Virus record (IMG/VR): IMGVR_UViG_3300027710_000011
Span: 212,773-276,772 of that record
DNA: 64,000 nucleotides
Strand: one strand, 5' to 3'
The notes beneath the pieces are model-generated. The model worked only from the letters and a program-made list of their open reading frames with translations. It did not search any database and was not told the DNA's origin. Each line of letters starts with the position of its first letter. Position 1 is the first letter of the stretch. Shown here piece after piece: positions 27,586 through 38,282 of the stretch. A program made the translations under genes and the position numbers.

Positions 27586-29211
27586 CTATTTCCGGAATCC
27601 AGTCATGTTGCGCAATACAAGTTGTATTGTCGACACACCGGTGTTGTGGATCAATTTGCCGTCCGTACCAACGTACGCACGTCGTGAGTTGATGAACTCT
27701 TTGTACTCCGCCACTGATTCTTCAGAATAGGCAATGTTGGCAGAACAAGTATCACCGTCAAAGTCAGCACCGAGACCTCCAAGCCTTGAGCTGTGTGGCA
27801 CCAAGGAGTTCATGAAGGCACTGCCTTTTACCGGGAATTCGAGTGCATCAAATTCCTCAGGCAATGGCTGCCAATTTTCATCCAAACGTGTACGACGTTC
27901 GCTTTCAATCGTCACGCGCATGTGAGTGGAGCTGGGGTAAATAGAACCAACGCCCGACACAGGGTAACGCGTCACGAGAACAGGGTAGCGACTTGAATCC
28001 TTGTACACAGCCAAGTACATCAGTTCAGTGAACGTGATGGGACTGACGTGTTGAGGATCCCGATCTGACGGCAATTCACGAATGTCTGACATCAGACGGA
28101 AAGTCATGTCCGGACCTTTGTAGATCAGGAACATATAACGACCTTCAATTTCCATGAAGCGATTACGAATACTTTCTTCTTGGTACTTCGTAATCTCACG
28201 CGCAATACCTTCGTTGGTTGCCCAACGATCGTACCACAAGCTGGCCAACATGACTTCTTCGGATTGAAGTGTTTGCTTGTTAATCAGACGAGACGCTTGA
28301 TTAACATCAGGGAACACTGGCGCCACCAACTCACGCAGCTGTTGCGTTGTGACCGGCAGCGTGGCCTTCATGTATTGGTACAGACCAATGACCGTTGAAT
28401 TGAAGTCAAGGTTACCTTTGGCACCAAGCACCTTAACCGACGTATCGATCGCGGTAATCACGTTCCGAGTACCGTTGAAAATGTTGCGAGAAGCCCAGCG
28501 GCCCAGCAGCAATTTCTTCTTCCCTTCGATCAACGAAGAGATGTATTCGTAGATTTGATTAAAACAAATCTGAATCTGATAGCGGGGTACGTTCAAAGCC
28601 GCTACGTCCTTACGGACAGAAGCATCCAGAATTGTGTTCGACAACTTGATCAGAGTCCGGTACATCTGGTTGATTTCGTCTTCAGACTTCCGGTTGTGCT
28701 GATCGATCTCAAGATCACGCAAGCCAGCAGGCATCACGATGATGTTGGTTGTCAACGCAACGTCTTTGTACTTGCGAAGCAAAGCGATACTCTGCTCACG
28801 AACGGCGGACTTGGATTCAGAGAACGCAATGTCTTGCCAGTGTGAAACGAAGAATTCAAATCCCGTGTCACCCTGTGCTGCGTTCGACTTGACGAAGTCT
28901 TTCAGATTCTCGTCCCAAGTCGCATAGAGCGTGCCGGCCATGATGTCGGCGTAGATACGCTTGAGCTTGATCAAGATGTTGTAAACCACTGGATGGAAAA
29001 CAGGCACCTTCACATCGACGTATGAGAAACGACGGTTACGCCGTTGGTCACCAACACGTCCAAAGATCTCTGTGGAGAACAAGCCATTAGGATGGAAGTT
29101 CTCAGAACTACCTTCCATGATGTCCAATGCCGAGACAGGACGAATGGCTTTCAATCGGTCTGGTGTCAAAGCCAGAATTTTGATGTTGAACGGAATTTCA
29201 GCGCGTTTCAT
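27586..29211 (-). CDS. rpoC: Virion RNA polymerase beta' subunit, catalytic part (phiKZ gp180-like)
   Basis: GLFSTEIFG, VMPAGLRD, GTRNVI, LVTRYP and the catalytic GADFDGD. Confidence 0.95.
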   Translation of the reverse strand: MKRAEIPFNIKILALTPDRLKAIRPVSALDIMEGSSENFHPNGLFSTEIFGRVGDQRRNRRFSYVDVKVPVFHPVVYNILIKLKRIYADIMAGTLYATWDENLKDFVKSNAAQGDTGFEFFVSHWQDIAFSESKSAVREQSIALLRKYKDVALTTNIIVMPAGLRDLEIDQHNRKSEDEINQMYRTLIKLSNTILDASVRKDVAALNVPRYQIQICFNQIYEYISSLIEGKKKLLLGRWASRNIFNGTRNVITAIDTSVKVLGAKGNLDFNSTVIGLYQYMKATLPVTTQQLRELVAPVFPDVNQASRLINKQTLQSEEVMLASLWYDRWATNEGIAREITKYQEESIRNRFMEIEGRYMFLIYKGPDMTFRLMSDIRELPSDRDPQHVSPITFTELMYLAVYKDSSRYPVLVTRYPVSGVGSIYPSSTHMRVTIESERRTRLDENWQPLPEEFDALEFPVKGSAFMNSLVPHSSRLGGLGADFDGDTCSANIAYSEESVAEYKEFINSRRAYVGTDGKLIHNTGVSTIQLVLRNMTGFRK

Positions 29212-29309
29212 CGCCTACTCCTAAATAAAATCACAAAAATTATGAGGAAACCAAACGCAGAAGCACTAATGTATATTAGCTTTTCTGTATTTTTACATTC
29301 GAGGTTTTA

Positions 29310-32300
29310 ATGGCCACAAAAACCACCAAACATAAGACTGGTAACAGTCTAGACATCGATCCAGGCCTCGACATTCCTGAGTTTGATTTCGAATCTTTCG
29401 AAAGCGGCTTCAGCAAGCAGATGAAGGACGAAGGTCCGGTGAAGGAAGTGCTTGGAAGTTTTGCCAAAGGTGTTGGCTCTTCCTTCGTAAAGCCTGGCTT
29501 CATCGAAACCACTATCCGCAACGTACTGCCGCGAGAATACGGCAGTGCTCTAGACCTCGGTCAAGCTAGCTTGGGTTCAGCCCGATCGCTATACAATCAA
29601 GCGGTCAAAGAGCTGAAACCTGCGGTCGGTCAGCTCAAGCAACTGACCCAGCAAGTTCTTCCCAAAACGGAAGGAATTCTCTCGAAGAATATTCAAGAGA
29701 AGCTCAAGGACTGGAGTCGAGAAGAGAAGAGCGGTGAGCTGAGTGAAGAGCGTATGCGCGAAATGGCGCTCGCTGTTGAACTCGGTTCTATTTTCGAAGC
29801 TCAGGCGAAAGATACTGATCGTCGAGAAGAAGCTAATCGTCGAAGCGATCAAATCAAGGATGGTGTCGAGCAGTTGCGTCATCGCGACGAAATGGGGCGT
29901 CTGAGTGAAATCGCTCAGAACACATCACGCCTCGTTGGTTTTAACGAAGACGTCACTACAGCGGTTTACAAGAAATCACTGCAAGTACAGCTTCGTCAGT
30001 TTTATGCAGTCACTGAGTTGCTGCGTGAAACCAAGATTGCCAACATCAAGAAAACAGCACAGCTTGAAGGCGTTGTTCGCAACACCGGTATTTCGGCAGG
30101 TGCTGTTGAAACTACGAATAAGGGCTCTTTCAAGAACAAGTTCTTGGACGGTGCCAAGAAAGGTTTGTTCGGCGCAGCCCAGGGCTTTGCCAGGGACTAC
30201 GTCGGAAACATTCATGATGACCTGAGCAAGAAGCTCACCGGCGCCACCTCGTCAGGTAACGATCTGCTTAGCCAGATCAACATGATGGCTTCCATGGGAA
30301 GCATGGGCGCTGACGTAGGTATGTCGGCCAAAGGCATGGCTGGCGACATGGCTGGTAGTTTCCTTGGTGATTACTTGGCTAACAAGCTGCAAGGTAAGCT
30401 GAAGAAACACGTTGGCAAGATTCCTGCTGTACAGAAGCTAGGAGCCAAACTTGGTTACGGCATGGAGAATGCCGGCCCCTTGTTGAACGATTATCTCAAT
30501 GATCGCAACAATAAGCTTGGACCTCTGGAGCCTTTCCGGGAATACCTGACATCGATGCTGCCTAAGACTGGCGTTGACGTCACGATGGATGTGGCATCTT
30601 TGCATAAGTCTAATGAGCAAGCGCATTTCACCAATGCGACTCAGAAGTCTATCATCGAAGTCATCCCTGGTTTGCTCGCACGTATTCAGCGCGAACTCGT
30701 CATTACTCGCACAGGTAAAGATGCTCCACTGATCTCGTACGACTACAAGGCCAACAAGTTCTCTACCGTTGAGAAGTTGACGTCAGATCTGCGCGCCGCT
30801 TTCACGGGTAAGGATAAGCAAGAAGACGTGAAGAAACGCTTCGATGAGATGTTCAAACTCATCGACAAAGACGGAGAGCTGGACGAAAGCAAGCGTGAAC
30901 GAATCAAGAAACAGTTCATGGACAAAAAGTCCAAGGGCATGTCTACTGATTCCAAACACATTGCGTCCAAGTTGAATTGGGGTATGGATGAGGAAGGCGA
31001 AGCAATTGCTAAGTTCTTCCAGAAGTACTTGAAAACCGATTCCGTCGGTAAGCGTGATCCGGACTCTTTGCAAGCGATCAGGCGTCAGCGCGTATTGTCA
31101 AAGCAGATTGATCGATTGACTCGTTTCTTCGAAGACCCTCGCGCAGACGCTCAAGCTATGGCCAACCTTGGTCAACTTGATGTGCTCTCCGGGACAGGTC
31201 TCTATAACACCGAGAAGAATAGCTTTGATTTGGATAAAATCAATCAGGGCCTTTTGGGTGGCGAAGACGATACAATCTTGCAAGCTGGTGAAAACAGGAA
31301 CCCGACTCTTGTTGAAGGCTCCTCTCGCGATTCCTTGAATAGGCCTCGCCGGAACATTCAGAAGGACGCTCGCCTTGCTGCTCAAGAACGTCGTCGTCGC
31401 ATGCAAGAAGCGATGACGCCTCGTAATCAGGCGGCCGGCGCTATTCCTCAACAAGCGCCAGTGGAGCCGACACCAGTTGTTGGTGCTGAAGCTCTGAAGC
31501 AAACAGTTGAAGCCATGGTTGACACTGCAGCTCTCGAAAGGATGATGCAGGAACAAATTGCAGAGATCAAGAAGATTGATCCCAACGCAAACCTGCTGAC
31601 CGTGATCGAAGTGCTGCGTTCGATGGACAGTCGCTTGGAAGGCGGTATCAATACCTACTCCCTTGCCGAAGACTTCCTGGGTCCCGAAGCTCGTGATCGC
31701 TTCCGTGATCGCGCAAGCCGCGCAGGGCAACGTGTCAAAGGCGCTGCTGGCTCAGCTCGTGATGCAGCAGCTAATGCTGCGCGAAGGACTGCTGATGCTG
31801 CGCGTAGGGCAACCAGTAGAGTCAAAGACAAGGTTAAGTCTTTCCGTGAGACAACTTTGGGCGACGTTGCAGACGCTGGTCTTGGTGCCGCAAAATCGAT
31901 CGGAAGCTTTGGACTCGACATGGCGAGTAAGCTTGGCAGCATTGGTGTCAAAGGCGCCAAGATGGCTGGGTCTGTCGCTAGCACTGTCTTGAATAAAGCT
32001 GGTAAGACGGCTGATAAAGTTGCCGACTATTTCGGCGACGTCTTTGTTGAAGGTGAAACCGAACCACGCTTGACTCGTGCAAAGATGAAGGCTGGTAAGT
32101 ACTTCGACAAAGGTAGCAAAAAAGTCCTTACCTCTCTTGCTAACATCAAGGGCGCTGTTCTTGATGAAGAAGGCATGGAGATCTTGAGCGCTGATGAACT
32201 CGAGAAGTCCTACGTTAAGGGCTCGAAGATTCGCGCTCTGAAAGAGATCGCCACCACTGGAGCCGGTTGGATTGGTGCCGCCGGATCGATGGCTGTAAAG

Positions 32301-35300
32301 GGTCTTGGTACCTTCTACGGCGGATTGGTCAACGTCGGATTGAAGGCCTTTAAGGCTGGTTTGAAACTGCTGCCACCGTACGACGTGTATGTCAAGGGAC
32401 AGGAGAAGCCTGTTCTTACCGTGGGTGGTTTCAAAGGTGGCTTGTACATCTCTCAGAAATCTGAAAAGACTCTCTCCCATCCTCGAGAGATCGATGGTCC
32501 GGTGATGGACAAGGACGGTAACTATCTGGTTACTGAAGACGACATCCGGACAGGACTTGTTGACAAGAACGGCTTGACAGTTACCAACAAAGCTGCGCGC
32601 TTGCTGGGCAAAGTCAAGAACGTACTCGGTGCTGGCTTCAAAGCCCTCAAGGGCATTGCCGGCATGGGTAAGGAATTCCTGGTAGGCATCGGTCAAGCGT
32701 TCAAAGATATGTTCTCTGGTATCTTTGGTCTGCGCGGTGAGTACTTGGAAACCAGTAGAAGTCAACTCGATGTTCAGCGCGAAATCCTTAAGGTTTTGGT
32801 TGAACGTCTTCCTACCTCTGGCAATAAAGTCAAAGGCGATTACGACGGAGATGGGGTTCGTAATGGATCAGCTGAAGACATCAGGCGTCAAGCCGCTGAA
32901 GCGGAGAAGCAAAAAGCTGCTGATCAAAACTCCACCGAGATTAAGAATCAACCTGCTGGTGGAAAAGGCATCTTGGGTATGCTCGCCGGATTGTTCGGTA
33001 AAAAGAACAAGGGCGAAGAAGATGAAGGTGGTGACACCAACATTACTCTTGGTGGAGGCGGCGACGGAAAAGCTCCAGGTGATGCCGGTAAGGATGCTGG
33101 TAAAGCTGCAAAGTCTTCTAAGTGGCTTGGGAAAGGCGGCAGGCTTGCTCGCTTGGGTGGCGGCCTTTGGGGCGCTACTAAGTGGGCCGGAGGTGCTGCT
33201 CTTAGCATGGCTGGTCTGGGCGGTCTGGGCCTTGGTGGTCTTGCTTCAGGTGCTGCTAGTGCTGGCGGTGCCGCTCTAGGTGCTGCTGGAACAGGCCTCG
33301 CTGCTGCTGGAACAGCGCTTGGCGCCATACTGACAGCGCCTGTTCTCCTGACAGCCTTAGGCGTCGCTGCAGTGGCCACAGCTGGCTACTACGGTTACAA
33401 GTACCTGACTCGTGCTCAACTCACCACACTGAACAAAGTTCGCTTTGCTCAATATGGTTTTGCTGAACAAGATAAAGAGAAGCTAGCTATCGTCTTTGGT
33501 CTGGAACAATACTTGATGAAGAATGTCAAGTTCGATAAGGACAAGGCATACATCAATTCTGAAAAGATTGATGCAAACGAGATGATGAAGCCTTTCGAAG
33601 TCAGTCAAGGATCTAGTTTTGCTCCCCAATGGATGCTTTGGTTTGAACGTCGTTTTAAACCAATCTTCCTTGGACACGTCGCTGCACTGAAGGGTATCAA
33701 TCCTGAAATTGCACTTGCTGATGTGGATAGCAAGCTCAAGTCGGATGAGAAGCTGAAATACTTGGATGCGAGTTCGATGCCTGATGGTCCTTACGACATT
33801 TTGGAATCACCGTTCCAAGACATGAAACAACTCTCGGTTAGTTCTAGCGGCGTAAAAGCTGCAATTGAACTGGCGCGAGATGAGCTTCAAAAAGCCGTGA
33901 AGAGTGATGCTACTTCTTCCGCTGCTAAGAAGGCAGGCGCTGCCGCTACAGGCGCAGCTCTGCTTAAGAGTGGTGGCGATGGCACCAGCGTCAGTAACGG
34001 CAATGCACCTCCGTCAGGTACAAGTGATGAGGCTAGTGATGAGCTCAAAGCTGCCGCAGGCATAGGTGCTGCCGGTATGGAGTCCAGCGTGCAAGCTGGC
34101 TTGTCTGTCAGTGGCTCCAGCAACGTTCCTGGTGACTTCTTGTTCACTGGGCAAAAGGGAACCATCGACGCTTTGTCTTCCATCCGCTTTAAGGCGTACG
34201 GTTTGACAGAGATGGAAGTGCCCAAGATCAAAGATCTGGCTTTCCTTGAAAAACAAGTCAGCAAGGATGTTATCTTTACCAAGGATAGCGCCACTTACGA
34301 AGAAGATGTTCGTGACCTGCTGTCTCGAGTCAAGAGCAAGTTCGGTATTGTTGGTCCGGAAAGTCCAGAAGGTCGTGAATGGGTCAATTGGTTCCGCTGC
34401 CGTTTCCTGCCCGTCTATTTGAATTACAGAACGTTGATTCAAAAAGCAACTGGTAAAGAAGACGGTGTTGTTGGCGGAATGATGCTCAAGCCCGACCAGC
34501 AGTTGGACGTGGCTAACGCGCTGATCACTACGACCGGTATCGATCGCGGTCGTAAGGTTCCTGTCTGGGACATCACGTATACGCCTTGGACCGATTATCC
34601 GATGAATACGGATTCGGCCTCTACTGAGCTGAACATCAAGTTCTTGACTGAAGCCGTCAAGGCCGTCAAGGCTGGTGAGCAGAAATCAGCAGAAAAGAAA
34701 AAAGAAGCCGCTGCCAATGAATCGGCCGCCATCTCTCGTGGAGAAGCAGCCGATACGAAGTGGCGCGTGAATACTCCGGTTGGTCAACTCGCTATCCCTA
34801 AGGACCCTTACAGTCTGAAGAAGGATCGTGAAGCCATGGCGGAGAAGAACGGTTACGTTCAACCTGCTCCTTTGAATAGCGACGGTACCGGTGTGCGCGG
34901 TATGGGCGACTACATTAAGGGTGAGGCGATCAAACACCCTGGTAAGGGTACGGGTGGTGACATCAATTCAATTCCTGAACCAACTGGAAACAATTGGCCA
35001 GGCATGAAAGCAATGCTCGAAGCAGTCGGAAAGATAACAGGTGTTGATGCAAGTACGCTTGCTGCAATGGCTGCTATCGAATCCAGCTTCAACCCAACTG
35101 CCCAAGCAGGTACCTCCAGTGCCGCTGGTTTGTTCCAATTCGTCAACAAGACTTGGAACGGAATGATCCAGAAGTATGGTTCTAAGTACGGCATTGCGCC
35201 GAACACACCTCGAACCGATGCACGCGCTAGTGCTTTGATGGGAGCAGAGTTCATTAAAGAGAATATCGGTTATCTGAAATCCAAACTCAAGGGTAAGGAT

Positions 35301-36170
35301 ATCACGAATACCGACGTCTACATGGCTCACTTCTTGGGTGCCGGTGGCGCTACTGAGTTTCTCAATAGCGATCCCAACATGACTGGAGATCAAGTAACGT
35401 CTAAATCCATGAGAGACGCTGTTGCTGCCAACCGTCCTGTTTTCTACGAGAACAAAGGAAACGGTAGGGCTCGCACATTCGCTGAGATTTACAAACTCTT
35501 CAACCAGAAGATGGATCGTGAATCAAAGAAAGCAGGCGTCGGTAGTGGCTCGTCATCGTCCGCTGTCGCACCCACAGTGACTGGCGATAAAACGACAGGC
35601 GCTCCAGCATCAGTCACACCGGCAGCCGGAGATCGTGCTGGTGGTGGTAACGTGGCAGCACCAAGTGCTAGTGCAGCTAAGAACTCTGGCACTGCGGCTT
35701 TGGCTGCGGCGAACAGTGCTCCGGCTCCTACAAGCGCTGTAGCTTCTAACGTGACACCTGTTGTTCCTGTTCAAACACCACCCACAACGACTCAAGTCGG
35801 TGGTTCCGGTGGCGCATACACAGCACCTTCAATGCCTGCTGCAGATGCGCCTCGACCTCCGATTCGTCCTGTTCCTGATTTCGCTGGCTTCTCGCCACAA
35901 CCTCGTCCGACGGGTACGGAAATCAGTGCTCAAGGCGATGCAAATCGTAAAGCAATGGCTGACGGCATTGTTAGCATTGGTAAGATCTTGGATGATTCTT
36001 TGGATGTTCAGAAGAAGATTCTCGACGGCATCAATGTCATTGCTAAGAACGGTCTTTCAGGTGCTTCTAAAGAACCTGAAAAGCCAAAGACCCCGGTGGC
36101 TAACACACCGACTTCCCCTAATGCTCAACGCGCCGCTAAGGCTCCGGTGAGTATGGGTAGGGACTACTAA
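29310..36170 (+). CDS. Tail tape-measure / virion lytic transglycosylase (phiKZ gp181-like)
   Basis: 2286 aa, largely helical and Ala/Gly-rich; SLT domain AAIESSFNP...AAGLFQF...YMAHFLGAGG at about 35040-35370; divergent from the beta' gene. Confidence 0.9.
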   Translation: MATKTTKHKTGNSLDIDPGLDIPEFDFESFESGFSKQMKDEGPVKEVLGSFAKGVGSSFVKPGFIETTIRNVLPREYGSALDLGQASLGSARSLYNQAVKELKPAVGQLKQLTQQVLPKTEGILSKNIQEKLKDWSREEKSGELSEERMREMALAVELGSIFEAQAKDTDRREEANRRSDQIKDGVEQLRHRDEMGRLSEIAQNTSRLVGFNEDVTTAVYKKSLQVQLRQFYAVTELLRETKIANIKKTAQLEGVVRNTGISAGAVETTNKGSFKNKFLDGAKKGLFGAAQGFARDYVGNIHDDLSKKLTGATSSGNDLLSQINMMASMGSMGADVGMSAKGMAGDMAGSFLGDYLANKLQGKLKKHVGKIPAVQKLGAKLGYGMENAGPLLNDYLNDRNNKLGPLEPFREYLTSMLPKTGVDVTMDVASLHKSNEQAHFTNATQKSIIEVIPGLLARIQRELVITRTGKDAPLISYDYKANKFSTVEKLTSDLRAAFTGKDKQEDVKKRFDEMFKLIDKDGELDESKRERIKKQFMDKKSKGMSTDSKHIASKLNWGMDEEGEAIAKFFQKYLKTDSVGKRDPDSLQAIRRQRVLSKQIDRLTRFFEDPRADAQAMANLGQLDVLSGTGLYNTEKNSFDLDKINQGLLGGEDDTILQAGENRNPTLVEGSSRDSLNRPRRNIQKDARLAAQERRRRMQEAMTPRNQAAGAIPQQAPVEPTPVVGAEALKQTVEAMVDTAALERMMQEQIAEIKKIDPNANLLTVIEVLRSMDSRLEGGINTYSLAEDFLGPEARDRFRDRASRAGQRVKGAAGSARDAAANAARRTADAARRATSRVKDKVKSFRETTLGDVADAGLGAAKSIGSFGLDMASKLGSIGVKGAKMAGSVASTVLNKAGKTADKVADYFGDVFVEGETEPRLTRAKMKAGKYFDKGSKKVLTSLANIKGAVLDEEGMEILSADELEKSYVKGSKIRALKEIATTGAGWIGAAGSMAVKGLGTFYGGLVNVGLKAFKAGLKLLPPYDVYVKGQEKPVLTVGGFKGGLYISQKSEKTLSHPREIDGPVMDKDGNYLVTEDDIRTGLVDKNGLTVTNKAARLLGKVKNVLGAGFKALKGIAGMGKEFLVGIGQAFKDMFSGIFGLRGEYLETSRSQLDVQREILKVLVERLPTSGNKVKGDYDGDGVRNGSAEDIRRQAAEAEKQKAADQNSTEIKNQPAGGKGILGMLAGLFGKKNKGEEDEGGDTNITLGGGGDGKAPGDAGKDAGKAAKSSKWLGKGGRLARLGGGLWGATKWAGGAALSMAGLGGLGLGGLASGAASAGGAALGAAGTGLAAAGTALGAILTAPVLLTALGVAAVATAGYYGYKYLTRAQLTTLNKVRFAQYGFAEQDKEKLAIVFGLEQYLMKNVKFDKDKAYINSEKIDANEMMKPFEVSQGSSFAPQWMLWFERRFKPIFLGHVAALKGINPEIALADVDSKLKSDEKLKYLDASSMPDGPYDILESPFQDMKQLSVSSSGVKAAIELARDELQKAVKSDATSSAAKKAGAAATGAALLKSGGDGTSVSNGNAPPSGTSDEASDELKAAAGIGAAGMESSVQAGLSVSGSSNVPGDFLFTGQKGTIDALSSIRFKAYGLTEMEVPKIKDLAFLEKQVSKDVIFTKDSATYEEDVRDLLSRVKSKFGIVGPESPEGREWVNWFRCRFLPVYLNYRTLIQKATGKEDGVVGGMMLKPDQQLDVANALITTTGIDRGRKVPVWDITYTPWTDYPMNTDSASTELNIKFLTEAVKAVKAGEQKSAEKKKEAAANESAAISRGEAADTKWRVNTPVGQLAIPKDPYSLKKDREAMAEKNGYVQPAPLNSDGTGVRGMGDYIKGEAIKHPGKGTGGDINSIPEPTGNNWPGMKAMLEAVGKITGVDASTLAAMAAIESSFNPTAQAGTSSAAGLFQFVNKTWNGMIQKYGSKYGIAPNTPRTDARASALMGAEFIKENIGYLKSKLKGKDITNTDVYMAHFLGAGGATEFLNSDPNMTGDQVTSKSMRDAVAANRPVFYENKGNGRARTFAEIYKLFNQKMDRESKKAGVGSGSSSSAVAPTVTGDKTTGAPASVTPAAGDRAGGGNVAAPSASAAKNSGTAALAAANSAPAPTSAVASNVTPVVPVQTPPTTTQVGGSGGAYTAPSMPAADAPRPPIRPVPDFAGFSPQPRPTGTEISAQGDANRKAMADGIVSIGKILDDSLDVQKKILDGINVIAKNGLSGASKEPEKPKTPVANTPTSPNAQRAAKAPVSMGRDY

Positions 36171-36179
36171 AAGGAATAA

Positions 36180-36209
36180 GGGTGGGGATTATCCCCACCC
36201 TACCTTTTT
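36180..36209 (+). terminator. Intrinsic terminator
   Basis: GGGTGGGGA-TTA-TCCCCACCC followed by a T-rich tail. Confidence 0.65.
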
Positions 36210-36236
36210 CTATGAGTAAATTAGAAGGTTACAGCC

Positions 36237-38237
36237 ATGGCTACTTTGAGTGCAAAAATCCGCGATTCCAGTTGGCTGCGGCAAGTCTTCTTGGTCCCAA
36301 CCAAGGGGAATAGCCCACTGGTCGACGACATCGACAAACGTAATGCCGCTTTTTCAACAGCAAGATTCAAGTTCGCCAATACCTCCCTAGGTGGTTCAAT
36401 GGCGATCAACCCACCTCCGCAATATACACCGAATGCTGATCGACGTGTCCCAGGCGTGCACATGTTGCGCGATAAAGCCGACCAGCCGTTGAGCAGAGAA
36501 AACCAAGGCACACTTGGTCGTTATTACAGTGAAGCCGTTGACGATAATTCCCGCATCATCAGCATGCGTATGGGAGTTCCAGCTTTCAACTCGCTGAGTT
36601 CGTTCTTCACTGGCTTCTACAACTACAACGCTGGTTTGATGGCGCGCACTGGACGTGCCACTGGTGCAATGTATGCATTGGGTATGGCAACAGGTTTCGT
36701 CGCTTCCCTGGTAGTGTGGCCGCTGATGGTCATCAACTTGGGTGGTGACCTGATTAAGTTCTTCATGAACAAACCACGTAGTAAGTATTACTACCTGAAG
36801 CCCACGATGCCTCTTTACTGGAATGCAGTCACTGCCCTGGTGAACAACATTGCAGTTAACAAAGGCATTATTCCGCGCATCCTGGACGAAGACTCCACCA
36901 ATAACTTGGATGGTCGCTTTCCGTTCAAGAAGGATGACATGGAGCATGTTTCCAGACTTATGGGCGACATTTACATGGAAGGTGGACAGATCAACGTCTA
37001 CGCCATGGCAACGCGCTATCAGCGTCAAGCTCGTAAGTTCTATGGATACATGCAAAAGAAATACATGAACGAGACGGGTTATCTGGACACGTACGGCATG
37101 GTGGAAGATTTGTATAAACACCGTGTCGATCTAGGTACCCGAGAGAATCCGTCTTTGTCAATGTACTTGAAGAAGTGGATTACTACGTCATCAGGTACAC
37201 CAAAGCAAACGGAGCAATCTCAGAAGGGCTCAGCGCCTGCGTCTACAGATGCTGGAGCTTCTAACAACACGACTGTGTCTGCAGATACTGAATCTACGCC
37301 AAAGGAAGATTCCGACATCAAGGGCTTCCTGAATTTCTTGGAAGCTGAGCTTGATGATGGATCGCAATTCATCTCGTTCCGCGTGGATAACGAATCATCG
37401 GCTCAAGAGTCCTTCAGCAATCAAACGGGTGAATCCGAGATTGCGATGAAGATCAACTCCATCTCTGGTCAATCGCGAGAAACAACGTTCAATCTGGCTG
37501 GTGGCAATATCAGTGACGGATTGCTCGGCAAGGTAGCTGGCGAAGCCGCGCAGATGGTGACTCAGTTTATCGGCGGTATTGCTGATGGACTGAATGTTAG
37601 CGGTATTGCTGCTCTTGGCGGCGCAGCATTTGTGGACATTCCCAAACACTGGACTAGCTCAACAGCTAATCTGCCGCGCATGAACTACTCGCTCTCACTT
37701 GTTTCGCCGTATGGAAACAAGTTGTCGCAGATGATGTTCATGTACGTTCCGCTTTGCATGATCTTGGCAGCAGCGTTGCCGTTGTCCACAGGTAAGCAAT
37801 CCTACACAAGTCCTTTCCTTGTGCAGTTGTTTGATCGCGGGCGTGCTCAAACGCGTCTTGGTATTATTGATTCCTTGTCGATCACCCGCGGAACGACACA
37901 TCTGGGATTCAATAATGCTGGCAATGCCATGGGTATTGACATTTCGTTCAGTATCCAGGACTTGAGTTCAGTCATGCACATGCCTCTGGTTCAAGGCTTC
38001 TCGCCAGGAGCTGGTTTGTTTGATGATGAAACAGTTTTCTCTGACTACATGGCGATCTTGGGATCGCTGACGGTCAACGAGCAAATCTATCCTCTGGAGA
38101 GACTGCGCTTGCGTTTGACCAGGAACATGTCCAACGTGAAAACATGGTTCTCATCAGCTCACTTTGCGCAATGGGTTACTGACCTTGGCCCAATGCAACT
38201 GATCAGTGCTTTCTACCCTGGTCAAGTCAACCGTTAA
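36237..38237 (+). CDS. Virion structural protein, probably baseplate hub/tail tip (phiKZ gp182-like)
   Basis: KFANTSLGGSMAINPPPQYT, FVDIPKHW, SPYGN, YTSPF and GIIDSLSITRG motifs; follows the gp181-like gene. Confidence 0.75.
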   Translation: MATLSAKIRDSSWLRQVFLVPTKGNSPLVDDIDKRNAAFSTARFKFANTSLGGSMAINPPPQYTPNADRRVPGVHMLRDKADQPLSRENQGTLGRYYSEAVDDNSRIISMRMGVPAFNSLSSFFTGFYNYNAGLMARTGRATGAMYALGMATGFVASLVVWPLMVINLGGDLIKFFMNKPRSKYYYLKPTMPLYWNAVTALVNNIAVNKGIIPRILDEDSTNNLDGRFPFKKDDMEHVSRLMGDIYMEGGQINVYAMATRYQRQARKFYGYMQKKYMNETGYLDTYGMVEDLYKHRVDLGTRENPSLSMYLKKWITTSSGTPKQTEQSQKGSAPASTDAGASNNTTVSADTESTPKEDSDIKGFLNFLEAELDDGSQFISFRVDNESSAQESFSNQTGESEIAMKINSISGQSRETTFNLAGGNISDGLLGKVAGEAAQMVTQFIGGIADGLNVSGIAALGGAAFVDIPKHWTSSTANLPRMNYSLSLVSPYGNKLSQMMFMYVPLCMILAAALPLSTGKQSYTSPFLVQLFDRGRAQTRLGIIDSLSITRGTTHLGFNNAGNAMGIDISFSIQDLSSVMHMPLVQGFSPGAGLFDDETVFSDYMAILGSLTVNEQIYPLERLRLRLTRNMSNVKTWFSSAHFAQWVTDLGPMQLISAFYPGQVNR

Positions 38238-38245
38238 AGAGACGG

Positions 38246-38279
38246 CATACAGGAGGGGGTTCTCCCCTCCTGTATTATG
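38246..38279. terminator. Bidirectional hairpin terminator with TATG on both strands
   Basis: CATACAGGAGGGG-GTTCT-CCCCTCCTGTAT-TATG. Confidence 0.75.
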
Positions 38280-38282
38280 TCG

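Noticed and set aside
23198-29211. Introns, inteins or homing endonucleases in the RNAP genes or terminase, as found in some relatives
   Set aside because: The ORFs are continuous with the expected motif order, beta' and beta are only 2 nt apart, and no intein or HNH/LAGLIDADG motifs were seen.
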